From Alphaproteobacteria bacterium (GTDB lineage: Bacteria; Pseudomonadota; Alphaproteobacteria; UBA2966), in contig OZ219856.1 in assembly GCA_964291395.2 (NCBI GenBank), forward strand, positions 512,001 to 576,000: DNA of 64,000 nucleotides. Direction: 5' to 3'. The notes beneath the pieces are model-generated. The model made no database searches and had not been told where the DNA came from. It worked only from the letters and a program-made list of their open reading frames with translations. Numbering within the stretch: the stretch's first letter is position 1; each line of letters starts with the position of its first letter. The position numbers were made by a program, and so were the translations under genes. Shown one piece after another: positions 9,812 through 17,944 of this stretch.

Positions 9812-10126
9812 GGCCGCCTCCCGATCGCGTTTCGGGCTCAAGGTACCCAGGCGTCGTCGGCCTGTCCACGGTCCCCGGACCATCCCCTCGGATGGTCGAT
9901 CGCGTGGAACACCGCCTGGAACGAAACGGTGCCGAACGCACGGCAAACGCGGGGTTCGACGCCGGTCCCCTGCCTCGGCCGGATACTTCTTCCGCGTGGT
10001 TTCGACCGTGACGCCCGCGTCTTGTCGGCCGGCGAAGTAGTATTGTCCGTATCGCTGCCGCCCGCGAAGATGCGTCGTCCGCGCGGGGTGAAGGCCGAAC
10101 GTCGCTTCGAGAAGGAGGAGTATCAG

Positions 10127-10831
10127 GTGCGGATCAGGTCGCTTCACTTCGACGTTTTCGGGACCGTCGTGGACTGGCGCGAGAGTGTCGCGCGGGAGGC
10201 CGCCGCCATACTGGATGGACGGGGCGTCGAATGTGACTGGCGCGCCTTCGCCGACGCTTGGCGGTCCAGGTATCAACCGGCGATGGAGGAGGTGCGGAGC
10301 GGCCGTCGCGGGTGGGTCAAGCTCGACGACCTGCATCGCGAGAACCTCGAGACGGTTCTGGACGAGTTCGGGATGCCGGGTATCGGCGCCGGCGATCTCG
10401 GCCGCCTCAATCTGGCCTGGCACCGGCTCGACCCGTGGCCGGACGTCCCGGCCGGTCTCGCCCGTCTCAGACGCGGCTACATCCTGGTCACTCTGTCGAA
10501 CGGGAACGTGTCCCTGATGGTCGATCTGGCCCGGCACGGAGGCCTGCCGTGGGATGCGGTATTGGGCGCCGAAGTCGCCGGGGCCTACAAGCCCCGGCCC
10601 GAGGCTTACCTGCGGAATGCGGAGTTCCTGGGAATGGAACCCGACCAGTGTCTGATGGTCGCCGCCCACAACGACGATCTGATCGCCGCGAGCGCGGTCG
10701 GATTTCGCACGGCCTTCGTGTACAGGCGTTCCGAGCACGGGCCCGATCGGGGAAGCGGCATCGAACCGGAGCGCGACTACGACGTGGTCGCGGAGGATTT
10801 TCTGGAACTCGCGGACAAGCTCGGGTGCTGA
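10127..10831 (+). CDS. haloacid dehalogenase type II (HAD)
   Basis: GTG after AAGGAGGAG; FDVFGTVVDW, LSNG, YKP, MVAAHNDDL. Confidence 0.9.
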   Translation: MRIRSLHFDVFGTVVDWRESVAREAAAILDGRGVECDWRAFADAWRSRYQPAMEEVRSGRRGWVKLDDLHRENLETVLDEFGMPGIGAGDLGRLNLAWHRLDPWPDVPAGLARLRRGYILVTLSNGNVSLMVDLARHGGLPWDAVLGAEVAGAYKPRPEAYLRNAEFLGMEPDQCLMVAAHNDDLIAASAVGFRTAFVYRRSEHGPDRGSGIEPERDYDVVAEDFLELADKLGC

Positions 10832-10850
10832 GGGTGGCGGGAGCGCCGGC

Positions 10851-11849
10851 TCACGTCTCCGACAGCCGGGACAGCTCGTCCCGTTCGTAGCGGATCAGCT
10901 CTTCTCCGCTCGTCAGCCGAACGCCGCCGCCGGCTTCCGCCTTGGCGATCGTCGCCGCCGCGTATCCGTCCGCGTTGAGGCGCTCGCAGGCGGCCTCGAC
11001 GGCGTCCGGCGGGAAGCCCGCGAGCAGGGTACCCGAGGCGAGGACGCCCCAGGGATCGAGGCCGAGCGCCCGGCAGATCCGGCGGCCGGGTTCGAACCAC
11101 TGCACCTCCGCTTCAGCCACGACGAGCCCGACGCCCGATGCCTCGGCGAGTTCGTGGAGACCCGCCGAAAGGCCCCCCTCCGTCGGATCGTGCAGGGCCG
11201 ACGCGCCCAGTTCGGCTGCTCGCAGGGCCTGGTTCACGACCGAGATGCCCGGGTTCTCGATCGCACGTTCGGCGGCGCGCAGGGAGTCGTCCGGTATCTG
11301 CGCAAGGGACGCGGCCGGCTCCGCGGCGAGAACGGCGGCCCCTTCGACCGGCGCGGGCCCGACCTGCACGACGGCGTCGCCGGCCGACAGGCCGCCGGTC
11401 CGCACGAACCCGCCGTCCTCGCGCAGACCCATCATCTGTCCCACGACCAGGGGCTGCGTGACGGCGTTCGTGATCTCCGTGTGCCCCCCGACGAGAGTCA
11501 CGCCCATTCCGTCGAGCGCCTCGTGCATGGCCGTGAACAGCTCGCGCACCTCCGAGGTTCCGGTGCCCGGCGGCAGGAGGACGACGGCCAGGAACCACCG
11601 CGGTCGGGCGCCCATGACGGCGACGTCGTTGGCGTTGACGAGGGCGGCGTGGGCGCCGACACCCTTGCCCGTGAGCGTGATCGGATCCGCGGCCGCGACC
11701 AGCGCGCCGCCGGGCACGTCGATGACGCCGGCGTCTTCACCCACCATCGGCGGCACGCGGACCTCCGGAGGCGGCCTGGCGGCGCCGGACAGGAGCTCGC
11801 GCAGAAGGGATGCCGGCAGCTTGCCGGGACGGAGTTTCTCCTCGGACAC
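10851..11849 (-). CDS. AIR synthase-related (HypE-like/PurM superfamily) protein
   Basis: 332 aa; GKLP, GEDAGVI, DPIT, NANDVAVMGA, GGHTE, HDPTEGG. Confidence 0.85.
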   Translation of the reverse strand: MSEEKLRPGKLPASLLRELLSGAARPPPEVRVPPMVGEDAGVIDVPGGALVAAADPITLTGKGVGAHAALVNANDVAVMGARPRWFLAVVLLPPGTGTSEVRELFTAMHEALDGMGVTLVGGHTEITNAVTQPLVVGQMMGLREDGGFVRTGGLSAGDAVVQVGPAPVEGAAVLAAEPAASLAQIPDDSLRAAERAIENPGISVVNQALRAAELGASALHDPTEGGLSAGLHELAEASGVGLVVAEAEVQWFEPGRRICRALGLDPWGVLASGTLLAGFPPDAVEAACERLNADGYAAATIAKAEAGGGVRLTSGEELIRYERDELSRLSET

Positions 11850-12171
11850 GGACGATCCTTAGCCGTCTCCGGGAGGCGAACGCAACCGAATTCACCGGTC
11901 CATAGCGTGCACGGGAGGAGGGTCGATGTGCGTGCGTGAAGTATGTCTTCGTTCGTGGCCTGCCGTCCGACTGCACTTGGGCCAATCGCAACTACCGTCA
12001 GCGTGCTGTGCCGAAAGCAGCCGTCAGATCTGAACGTTCGAGCCTTCCGGCCGCACCCTCGTCAACCAGCCGTTCCCTTCCGGGTCCTTGCCATCACCAA
12101 CTTACCGCCGCCCTCGTGCTTCGCTTGGATCGATGTGGTTCGCGTGCAGCAACAGCCTTGGTCGATCGGTG

Positions 12172-13725
12172 TCACATATTTGCGCCGCCATCGGTCTTGA
12201 CGAGCAGCAACAGCGGAAATGCCAAACAAGCCGTAAGCGTGTAGAGATAAAAGGCATTGATGTAACCGATCATCGCTGCTTGCCGCTGCATCTCTGCCGA
12301 CAAATTGATCAAGTCTGCCCGACCTTCGACGTTCCACATCCCGGCCAGTCCGGGATAACGGAACAGTTCGTTCAACAATGTCGCAAATTCAGTGAGGCCG
12401 GCATAGTTCGTGATTGTCGAGGTGACCACTAGCGTCACGCTAATCGAGATAAAGATGGAACTCCCCACGTTCCGCAACATATGGAACACGGCCGCCCCTT
12501 CCGCGAAGTCTCGGCTCGACAAGGACGAAAACGCGATCACCGTCACTGGGACATAGGTGATTCCAAGAGCGAATCCCTGAATGAAATTCGTCCAAAAGAC
12601 GTCCCAAAGGGTCAAATTCATGTCGAGGTGCGCCATGCCGACGCCGGCAATCACGTGGCACGCGAACCCGATCCCGACAGCGAGTCGTGGACTGAATTTG
12701 GTGAGCGGTACGACTACCGCGAATGACAGCCAGTTCCCGAGTCCGCGTGCGGACAGCAGCGTGCCGATGATTGATTCGGGAAAGTCCCTCAGGTCCTGAA
12801 GCAACGGTGGGAACAGGACCATCGGCGTTATGAACAATGTTCCGAATAGGAATCCGAACATCAGGCCGATGGAGTAATTGCGGTTCAGAAGCAGGCGCAG
12901 ATTGAGGAAAGGGTGCGGTGCGGTCAGGCTGTGGACGAGAAATATATAGAAAGCGAGGCCCGCGATGGCGGCCTCGATAATGATCTCCGGGGACTCGAAC
13001 CAATCCAGCCGCAATCCCCTGTCCAGCATGAGCTGGAAGGAGCCGACGGCGACGATCAGTGAGAGGAATCCAACCCAGTCCAGGCGTTGAGTGCGCCCGC
13101 GCCACGCTTCGCTCAGAAAGAAATTGCATCCGAACCAGGCGAGAATACCGATAGGAGCGATCAGGTAGAATGCCCAGCGCCAGCCGATCGCCTCCCCGAT
13201 ATGGCCACCGAAAACGGCACCGATGACCGTACCCCATACGGCCACCAGACCCCATGACGTCATGACGAAGGCGTGTTGCCTTCGCGGAAAGACATCCAGG
13301 AGAATGGCCTGAACCAAGGGAAACAGTGGAGCCCCGAAGAGGCCTTGAGCGAAGCGCCACATCACCAGTTCGGGTAAGCTGTCCGAGGCACCGCAGAGGA
13401 CTGTGGAAACGGTAAACCCCGCGATGCTCGTGGTCATCAAGCGGCGGCGGCCAATCTTCCCTGCTATCCAGCCGGTCAAGGGTGTCGCTATTGCAACGGC
13501 GACGATATGGAAGGTGACCACCCAGGCGACCTGATCCTGAGTAGCCGAGAGCGCACCTTGAATCTGAGGCAGGATGACGTTGACCACGGTCATTGCCATG
13601 CCGAAGATGAGGGTGCCGAGCGATAGCGATACCAAAAGCATCACTTGCCGGAAAAGCGGCAGGGTCTCGGCTTCACTGGAGGTCGCGGTCATGGAAGTCC
13701 GTTTTGGATCAGAATCCGTCTCCAC
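12172..13725 (-). CDS. DHA2 (EmrB/QacA) MFS efflux permease
   Basis: About 14 hydrophobic segments; WVVTFHIVA, GRRRL, DWFES; start may be ATG at 13692. Confidence 0.9.
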   Translation of the reverse strand: METDSDPKRTSMTATSSEAETLPLFRQVMLLVSLSLGTLIFGMAMTVVNVILPQIQGALSATQDQVAWVVTFHIVAVAIATPLTGWIAGKIGRRRLMTTSIAGFTVSTVLCGASDSLPELVMWRFAQGLFGAPLFPLVQAILLDVFPRRQHAFVMTSWGLVAVWGTVIGAVFGGHIGEAIGWRWAFYLIAPIGILAWFGCNFFLSEAWRGRTQRLDWVGFLSLIVAVGSFQLMLDRGLRLDWFESPEIIIEAAIAGLAFYIFLVHSLTAPHPFLNLRLLLNRNYSIGLMFGFLFGTLFITPMVLFPPLLQDLRDFPESIIGTLLSARGLGNWLSFAVVVPLTKFSPRLAVGIGFACHVIAGVGMAHLDMNLTLWDVFWTNFIQGFALGITYVPVTVIAFSSLSSRDFAEGAAVFHMLRNVGSSIFISISVTLVVTSTITNYAGLTEFATLLNELFRYPGLAGMWNVEGRADLINLSAEMQRQAAMIGYINAFYLYTLTACLAFPLLLLVKTDGGANM

Positions 13726-13733
13726 GGGTAGAC

Positions 13734-13817
13734 TGGAACCTGGAGAAGGAGCGGGGGACGCCGTTCATGGAGCCGGGAATGCCGGTCTATGGCGGCATGA
13801 TCAGCGGCCGGCACGCG
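13734..13817 (+). pseudogene. typA: degenerate internal fragment resembling TypA/BipA GTPase
   Basis: Translates WNLEKERGTPFMEPGMPVYGGMISGRHA, similar to the TypA C-terminal domain segment (LWNLxxRGxxFIxPGxxVYxGMIxGEH) as recalled; no start or stop context. Confidence 0.5.
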
Positions 13818-13859
13818 GCGGGAAGCGGCGGGTTGCTCACGCTGTCGCGTCGCGTTTGA

Positions 13860-14945
13860 TCACTCACGCTCGGCCAGAAGCGCCAGGAGCGGCGGGTTGA
13901 CGTAGAGGTTCTCGCGCCCCGCCTTGATCTCCTCGAGGAGGCCTTCGGCCGCGAGGGCCTTCAGGTAGACGGCGGCCGTCTGGCGCTTGGCGATATCCGC
14001 TTTGACCACGTCGCCGATCCGGCAGCAGGGATGCACGAAGATCAGTTCCGTCAGTTCCCGGGAGTAGATCTTCGGCATCCTCTGTCGAATTGCGGCGCCC
14101 GTCTCGTCGAGAAGCTCCCGGATCGCGCGGATTTTCGCCGTCGTCCATTCGGCGGTCGTTCTGACGGCCTCCAGAATGAAGAGTATCCATGCTTCCCAGT
14201 CCTGCCGGGTCGTCACCTCGAGCAGATGCCGGTAGTACAGCGCCTTGTTCCGGATGATGTGCCGGCTGAGATAGAGGACGGGAATGTCGAGCAGGCCCTT
14301 GTCGACGAGATAGAGCAGGTTCAGCACGCGTCCGGTCCGGCCGTTTCCGTCGGCGAACGGGTGGATCGCCTCGAACTGATAATGCATGACCGCAAGCCGG
14401 ATCAGCGGGTCGGTCTCCCCGGTCTCGTGAATGTAGCGCTCCCAATTGGCGAGCTTGCTCCGGAGAACGTCCTCTCCCTCCGGCGGCGTGTAGATGACCT
14501 GCTGGTTGGCATCGTTCACCAACGCCGTTCCCGGCGTGTCGCGAATGTCCAGCTCCACTCCCTTGATCGTTCGACAGACTTCGATCGCGACGGCGGTCGA
14601 AACCGGCCGTCGGTTCAGCATTTCGAAACCGCGGTGCAACGCGGTGCGGTAGCGCAGAGCTTCCCTGGTGGCAGGGTCGGCTTGCCCCGCCGCGCCGTTG
14701 GCATGGCGGAACAGCCGGTCGGCCGTCGTCACGATGTTCTCGATCTCGGAACTCGCCTGCGCCTCGAGAAGGGGGATCGAGTTGATCAGCATCGCCTGGT
14801 TCGGGATGAGAGTCCCGGAGACGCGGAGCTCCGCCAGCGCCGCGCGCGCGGCGATGCAACTCCGAAGAATGGCCTTCGTTTCGGTTTCCGAAGCCGGCGG
14901 CAGGTCTGGAAGGTCGTTGAAGGGACGATTGGGATCGAACGTCAT
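13860..14945 (-). CDS. fic: Fic family protein adenylyltransferase (SoFic-like, N-terminal DUF4172/Fic_N, C-terminal wHTH)
   Basis: 361 aa from MTFDPNRPFNDLP; inhibitory-type motif SSEIEN; catalytic HPFADGNGRTGR. Confidence 0.92.
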   Translation of the reverse strand: MTFDPNRPFNDLPDLPPASETETKAILRSCIAARAALAELRVSGTLIPNQAMLINSIPLLEAQASSEIENIVTTADRLFRHANGAAGQADPATREALRYRTALHRGFEMLNRRPVSTAVAIEVCRTIKGVELDIRDTPGTALVNDANQQVIYTPPEGEDVLRSKLANWERYIHETGETDPLIRLAVMHYQFEAIHPFADGNGRTGRVLNLLYLVDKGLLDIPVLYLSRHIIRNKALYYRHLLEVTTRQDWEAWILFILEAVRTTAEWTTAKIRAIRELLDETGAAIRQRMPKIYSRELTELIFVHPCCRIGDVVKADIAKRQTAAVYLKALAAEGLLEEIKAGRENLYVNPPLLALLAERE

Positions 14946-15047
14946 GTCGATGTATCCTGCTCCCGTCGACACGTGTTCCGAACATGTCGATCGCATTGAC
15001 ACTTCACTCCGACGTGTCGATGTAGAGAGAATATATCGACACGTCGG
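14945..15047. promoter_or_regulatory. array of TGTCGA/TCGACA inverted repeats upstream of fic (candidate operators)
   Basis: Perfect 13-bp IR CCGACGTGTCGAT (15009-15021)/ATCGACACGTCGG (15035-15047); further half-sites at 14945, 14966, 14985. Confidence 0.6.
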
Positions 15048-15157
15048 GCCGTAGCAAGCAGATCGACCGGGAATGTTGACCGCTGTCAATCAGGCGTCTC
15101 GCGCCTCCCGCAACGCTACGCTCCCGGGAGTCCGTTTGGACCCGCGATCCGGCCATG

Positions 15158-15267
15158 TCGAAAAAGTTTGCCGGACGGCATCGCCGCAATTCTTTCAGGT
15201 CAGGACGCGGAGCGCGGTTTCCGGCGCCTTGTCGAGCACCCGCAACAGGGCCCGCGCCGCCCCGGTC
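15158..15267. repeat. direct repeat B, copy 1 (duplicated 3' end and downstream flank of the XRE HTH gene)
   Basis: 110 bp identical to 17228-17337 except for one C/T mismatch. Confidence 0.95.
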
Positions 15268-15380
15268 CTTTCGCGGGGAGCCCCCGACGGACAGCTCGCC
15301 TCTGTCCCGAACTCGCCGGTCCGCCGTTGCGAAATGACACTTTCATACCTATATTTCTGACAGAATTGCGGAACAGGACC

Positions 15381-15977
15381 ATGTCCAGCCTTCCGAAACG
15401 CATCATGGAGCACGCGTCGGGCCTGCCCGAGGCGACGCCGATCTGTCCGGCCGCCCTCCTTCACCTGGGCAAGCGCGCGGCGGTGGACCAGGCGCTGGCC
15501 CGCCTCGCCCGCGCCGGGCGGCTGATGCGCATCTGCCAGGGCGTCTACATGCGCCCCGTCGAGACCCGTTTCGGTCCCTGTCCGCCGCGCATTGGCAAGG
15601 CGCTCGAAGCGCTCTCCGGGCTCTGGGGGGAGATCATCGTTCCCTGTGGCGGCTCCGCGGCCAACCGGCTGGGCCTGACCGCCCAGAACCCCGTCCGCGA
15701 GGTCTATCTCACCTCGGGCCGCAGCCGGCGGCTGCATTTCGGGCGCGTCACGGTCGAACTGCGTCACGCTCCCCGCTGGCAACTGGCGGCGCCGCGCCGC
15801 AAGGCGGGCGAGGTCATCCGCGCCCTCGCCTGGCTCGGCCCGCGTGAGGTCGAGGAGGGTCTCGAGGCGCTCCTGCCCGGGCTCTCCGGTGCCGAGGTCG
15901 ACGAGCTCGCCGCCGCGCGGGCGGTCATGCCCATCTGGATGGCGGAACCGATCAGCGCGCGCCTCGCCGATGGCTGA
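15381..15977 (+). CDS. type IV TA antitoxin, AbiEi-like (DUF6088)
   Basis: 198 aa; AVDQALARL...RICQGVY, AANRLGLTAQNP, YLTSGRSR; overlaps the downstream NTase gene. Confidence 0.85.
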   Translation: MSSLPKRIMEHASGLPEATPICPAALLHLGKRAAVDQALARLARAGRLMRICQGVYMRPVETRFGPCPPRIGKALEALSGLWGEIIVPCGGSAANRLGLTAQNPVREVYLTSGRSRRLHFGRVTVELRHAPRWQLAAPRRKAGEVIRALAWLGPREVEEGLEALLPGLSGAEVDELAAARAVMPIWMAEPISARLADG

Positions 15978-17001
15978 GACGCCGTACCGGTCGCTCTCCG
16001 CCGCCGACCGGCGCGACGCCCTGCGCGTTGCCGAAGCCGGCAGCCCGCACCGCGCGTTCCTGCTCGAGAAGGACATCTGGGTCGTCGCAACGCTCGACGC
16101 CCTGTTCGAAGCGCCCTTCGGCAAGGACCTCGCCTTCAAGGGCGGCACGTCGCTGTCGAAGGCATACCGGGCGATCCGCCGATTCTCCGAAGACGTCGAC
16201 ATCACCTATGACATCCGGGCCTTCGCCCCCGATCTTGTCGCCGATGCCGGCGCCGAGGCGCTGCCGCCCACGCGCAGCCAGGAACGCCGCTGGACCAAGG
16301 CGATCCGGGCCCGTCTCGACGCCTGGGTCGTCGACGAGGCCGCGCCGTCGGTCGAAGCGCAACTTCGACGCGACGGCTTCGAGCCGCGGGTCAGGGCGAG
16401 GCGGAGCGCCTGCGCATCGTCTACGAACCGCTGTTCGACGACTACGCCTTCGTGCGCCCGGAAGTCACGGTGGAGTTCGGGGCGCGCTCGACGGGCGAGC
16501 CCCGGGCCATCCTGCCCGTCGAATGCGACGCGGCCCCGTTTCTGCCCGATCTCGCTGTTTCCGCAGGCTCGACCGTCCGTCATGCTGGCCGAGCGGACCT
16601 TCTGGGAGAAGGCTACCGCCATCCACGTCTTCTGTCGGCAGGAGCGGAAACGCGGCGAGCGCCTGTCCCGCCACTGGCACGACCTGGCAAGGCTCGACGA
16701 TGCCGGCGTTGCGGCCCGCGCTCTCGCCGACCGCGCGATCGCGCATTCGGTCGCACGCCACAAGGCGATCTTCTTCCGTGAGAAGGACGTTGTCGGTAAC
16801 GAAATCGACTACCACGGCGCAATCGGCGGCGGACTGCAGCTGATCCCGTCAGGCCCGGCCCTCGAGGTGCTGGCCGACGACTACGGCAGAATGCTGGCCG
16901 ACGGCATGCTGCTCGATGTCGGCGAGCCCTTCGAACGTTTGATGGAGCGTTGCGCCGGCATCGAGGCCAGGGCAAACGCGCGGGGAGACCACGACGATTG
17001 A
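15970..17001 (+). CDS. type IV TA toxin, AbiEii/AbiGii nucleotidyltransferase, with an internal frameshifted segment
   Basis: LEKDIWV, FKGGTSLSK, RFSEDVD, ERTFWEKAT, SRHWHDL; the conserved-looking VRPEVTVEFGARSTGEP lies in another frame between about 16397 and 16555. Confidence 0.85.
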   Translation: MAETPYRSLSAADRRDALRVAEAGSPHRAFLLEKDIWVVATLDALFEAPFGKDLAFKGGTSLSKAYRAIRRFSEDVDITYDIRAFAPDLVADAGAEALPPTRSQERRWTKAIRARLDAWVVDEAAPSVEAQLRRDGFEPRVRARRSACASSTNRCSTTTPSCARKSRWSSGRARRASPGPSCPSNATRPRFCPISLFPQARPSVMLAERTFWEKATAIHVFCRQERKRGERLSRHWHDLARLDDAGVAARALADRAIAHSVARHKAIFFREKDVVGNEIDYHGAIGGGLQLIPSGPALEVLADDYGRMLADGMLLDVGEPFERLMERCAGIEARANARGDHDD

Positions 17002-17227
17002 ATGCGATGCCGGGGTGTTGCTCGGCGCCGTCGCATGACCCCTCGGAACGAAAGTAAGTCAACAGGTTGCCGAGCCGATCGGCGACGAGTCTGCGTGCCG
17101 ATCAACAGTGAGGCGGCGCATGCGCCGCCTACAGACGCCTCATTGTTGATTACAAAATGCTTTTGATTTGCCCCATTATCGTACTGTAGGCACCGTCAGC
17201 TTACCTGAGGCGCCGCCTGGCGCATGA

Positions 17228-17337
17228 TCGAAAAAGTTTGCCGGACGGTATCGCCGCAATTCTTTCAGGTCAGGACGCGGAGCGCGGTTTCCGGCGCCTT
17301 GTCGAGCACCCGCAACAGGGCCCGCGCCGCCCCGGTC
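17228..17337. repeat. direct repeat B, copy 2
   Basis: Matches 15158-15267; overlaps the 3' end of the intact HTH gene. Confidence 0.95.
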
Positions 17338-17600
17338 GGGCGGCGCTTCCCCTGTTCCCAGTTGCGGATCGTCTCGTGCGACACGTCGATGCGCCGCGCC
17401 AGTTCGGTCTGAGTGAGACCGAGTCGCCGGCGCACTCGGCGTGCGTATCGCGCCATGTCCTGCATGGCATCGCCCTCGTCCTCCCGCTCCTGCGCCGCGA
17501 TCTCCGCCTCGGTGGCGGCGTCCACCCTGGCGGGGTCGGTCCGCCCTTCGGGCAGGGTGGACGGATCGTCGGGATCAATCCTGACGCGCGTTGTGGTCAT
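17265..17600 (-). CDS. XRE/Cro-C1 HTH antitoxin-like regulator
   Basis: 111 aa after GGAGG; LGLTQTELARRIDVSHETIRNWEQGKRRPTGAARALL. Confidence 0.88.
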   Translation of the reverse strand: MTTTRVRIDPDDPSTLPEGRTDPARVDAATEAEIAAQEREDEGDAMQDMARYARRVRRRLGLTQTELARRIDVSHETIRNWEQGKRRPTGAARALLRVLDKAPETALRVLT

Positions 17601-17640
17601 GATCCGCGACCTCCTTGCCATCCACTCATTCAAGCTCCAT
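17575..17640 (-). pseudogene. collapsed remnant of a BrnT-like toxin
   Basis: Reads MELE*VDGKEVADHDHNARQD*; resembles the BrnT N-terminus (MxFEWD) joined to a C-terminal tail overlapping the antitoxin start. Confidence 0.5.
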
Positions 17641-17944
17641 CCCCGCACATATAGGCCAATGGCCTACCGACATCCAGGCTTGTGGTTCCAACGGCCGCCA
17701 ACCGGGCTGCCTCGTGGCGCTGTCGAGCACATTTTGAACTGACCGGTTCGGGCGTTTGGAGGCCCCTTCCAGTCGCCTTGCGTTTGCCATGAGGGTACGC
17801 TTGCCCCGACGCACTCGGCATCCACGAGCTCACCGCATCGCGCTCGAGCCCTCGAACCTGCGCGTTGCGCGAGCGTACAATCGACTCGCGTGGGGGGCTG
17901 CCCGGCATGGAACGCCCGCGGTCGCCGCTATGGAGGAGCGGATC

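Noticed and set aside
9960-10070. Protein-like minus-strand stretch (YGQYYFAGRQDAGVTVETTRKKYP) between osmC and the HAD gene
   Set aside because: No start/RBS context and no recognisable family; cannot be supported without a search.
10851-11849. PurM-fold protein as SelD supporting the selenoprotein
   Set aside because: Lacks the N-terminal Cys/Sec-x-x-Lys and DFF motifs of SelD; fits the HypE-like AIR synthase group.
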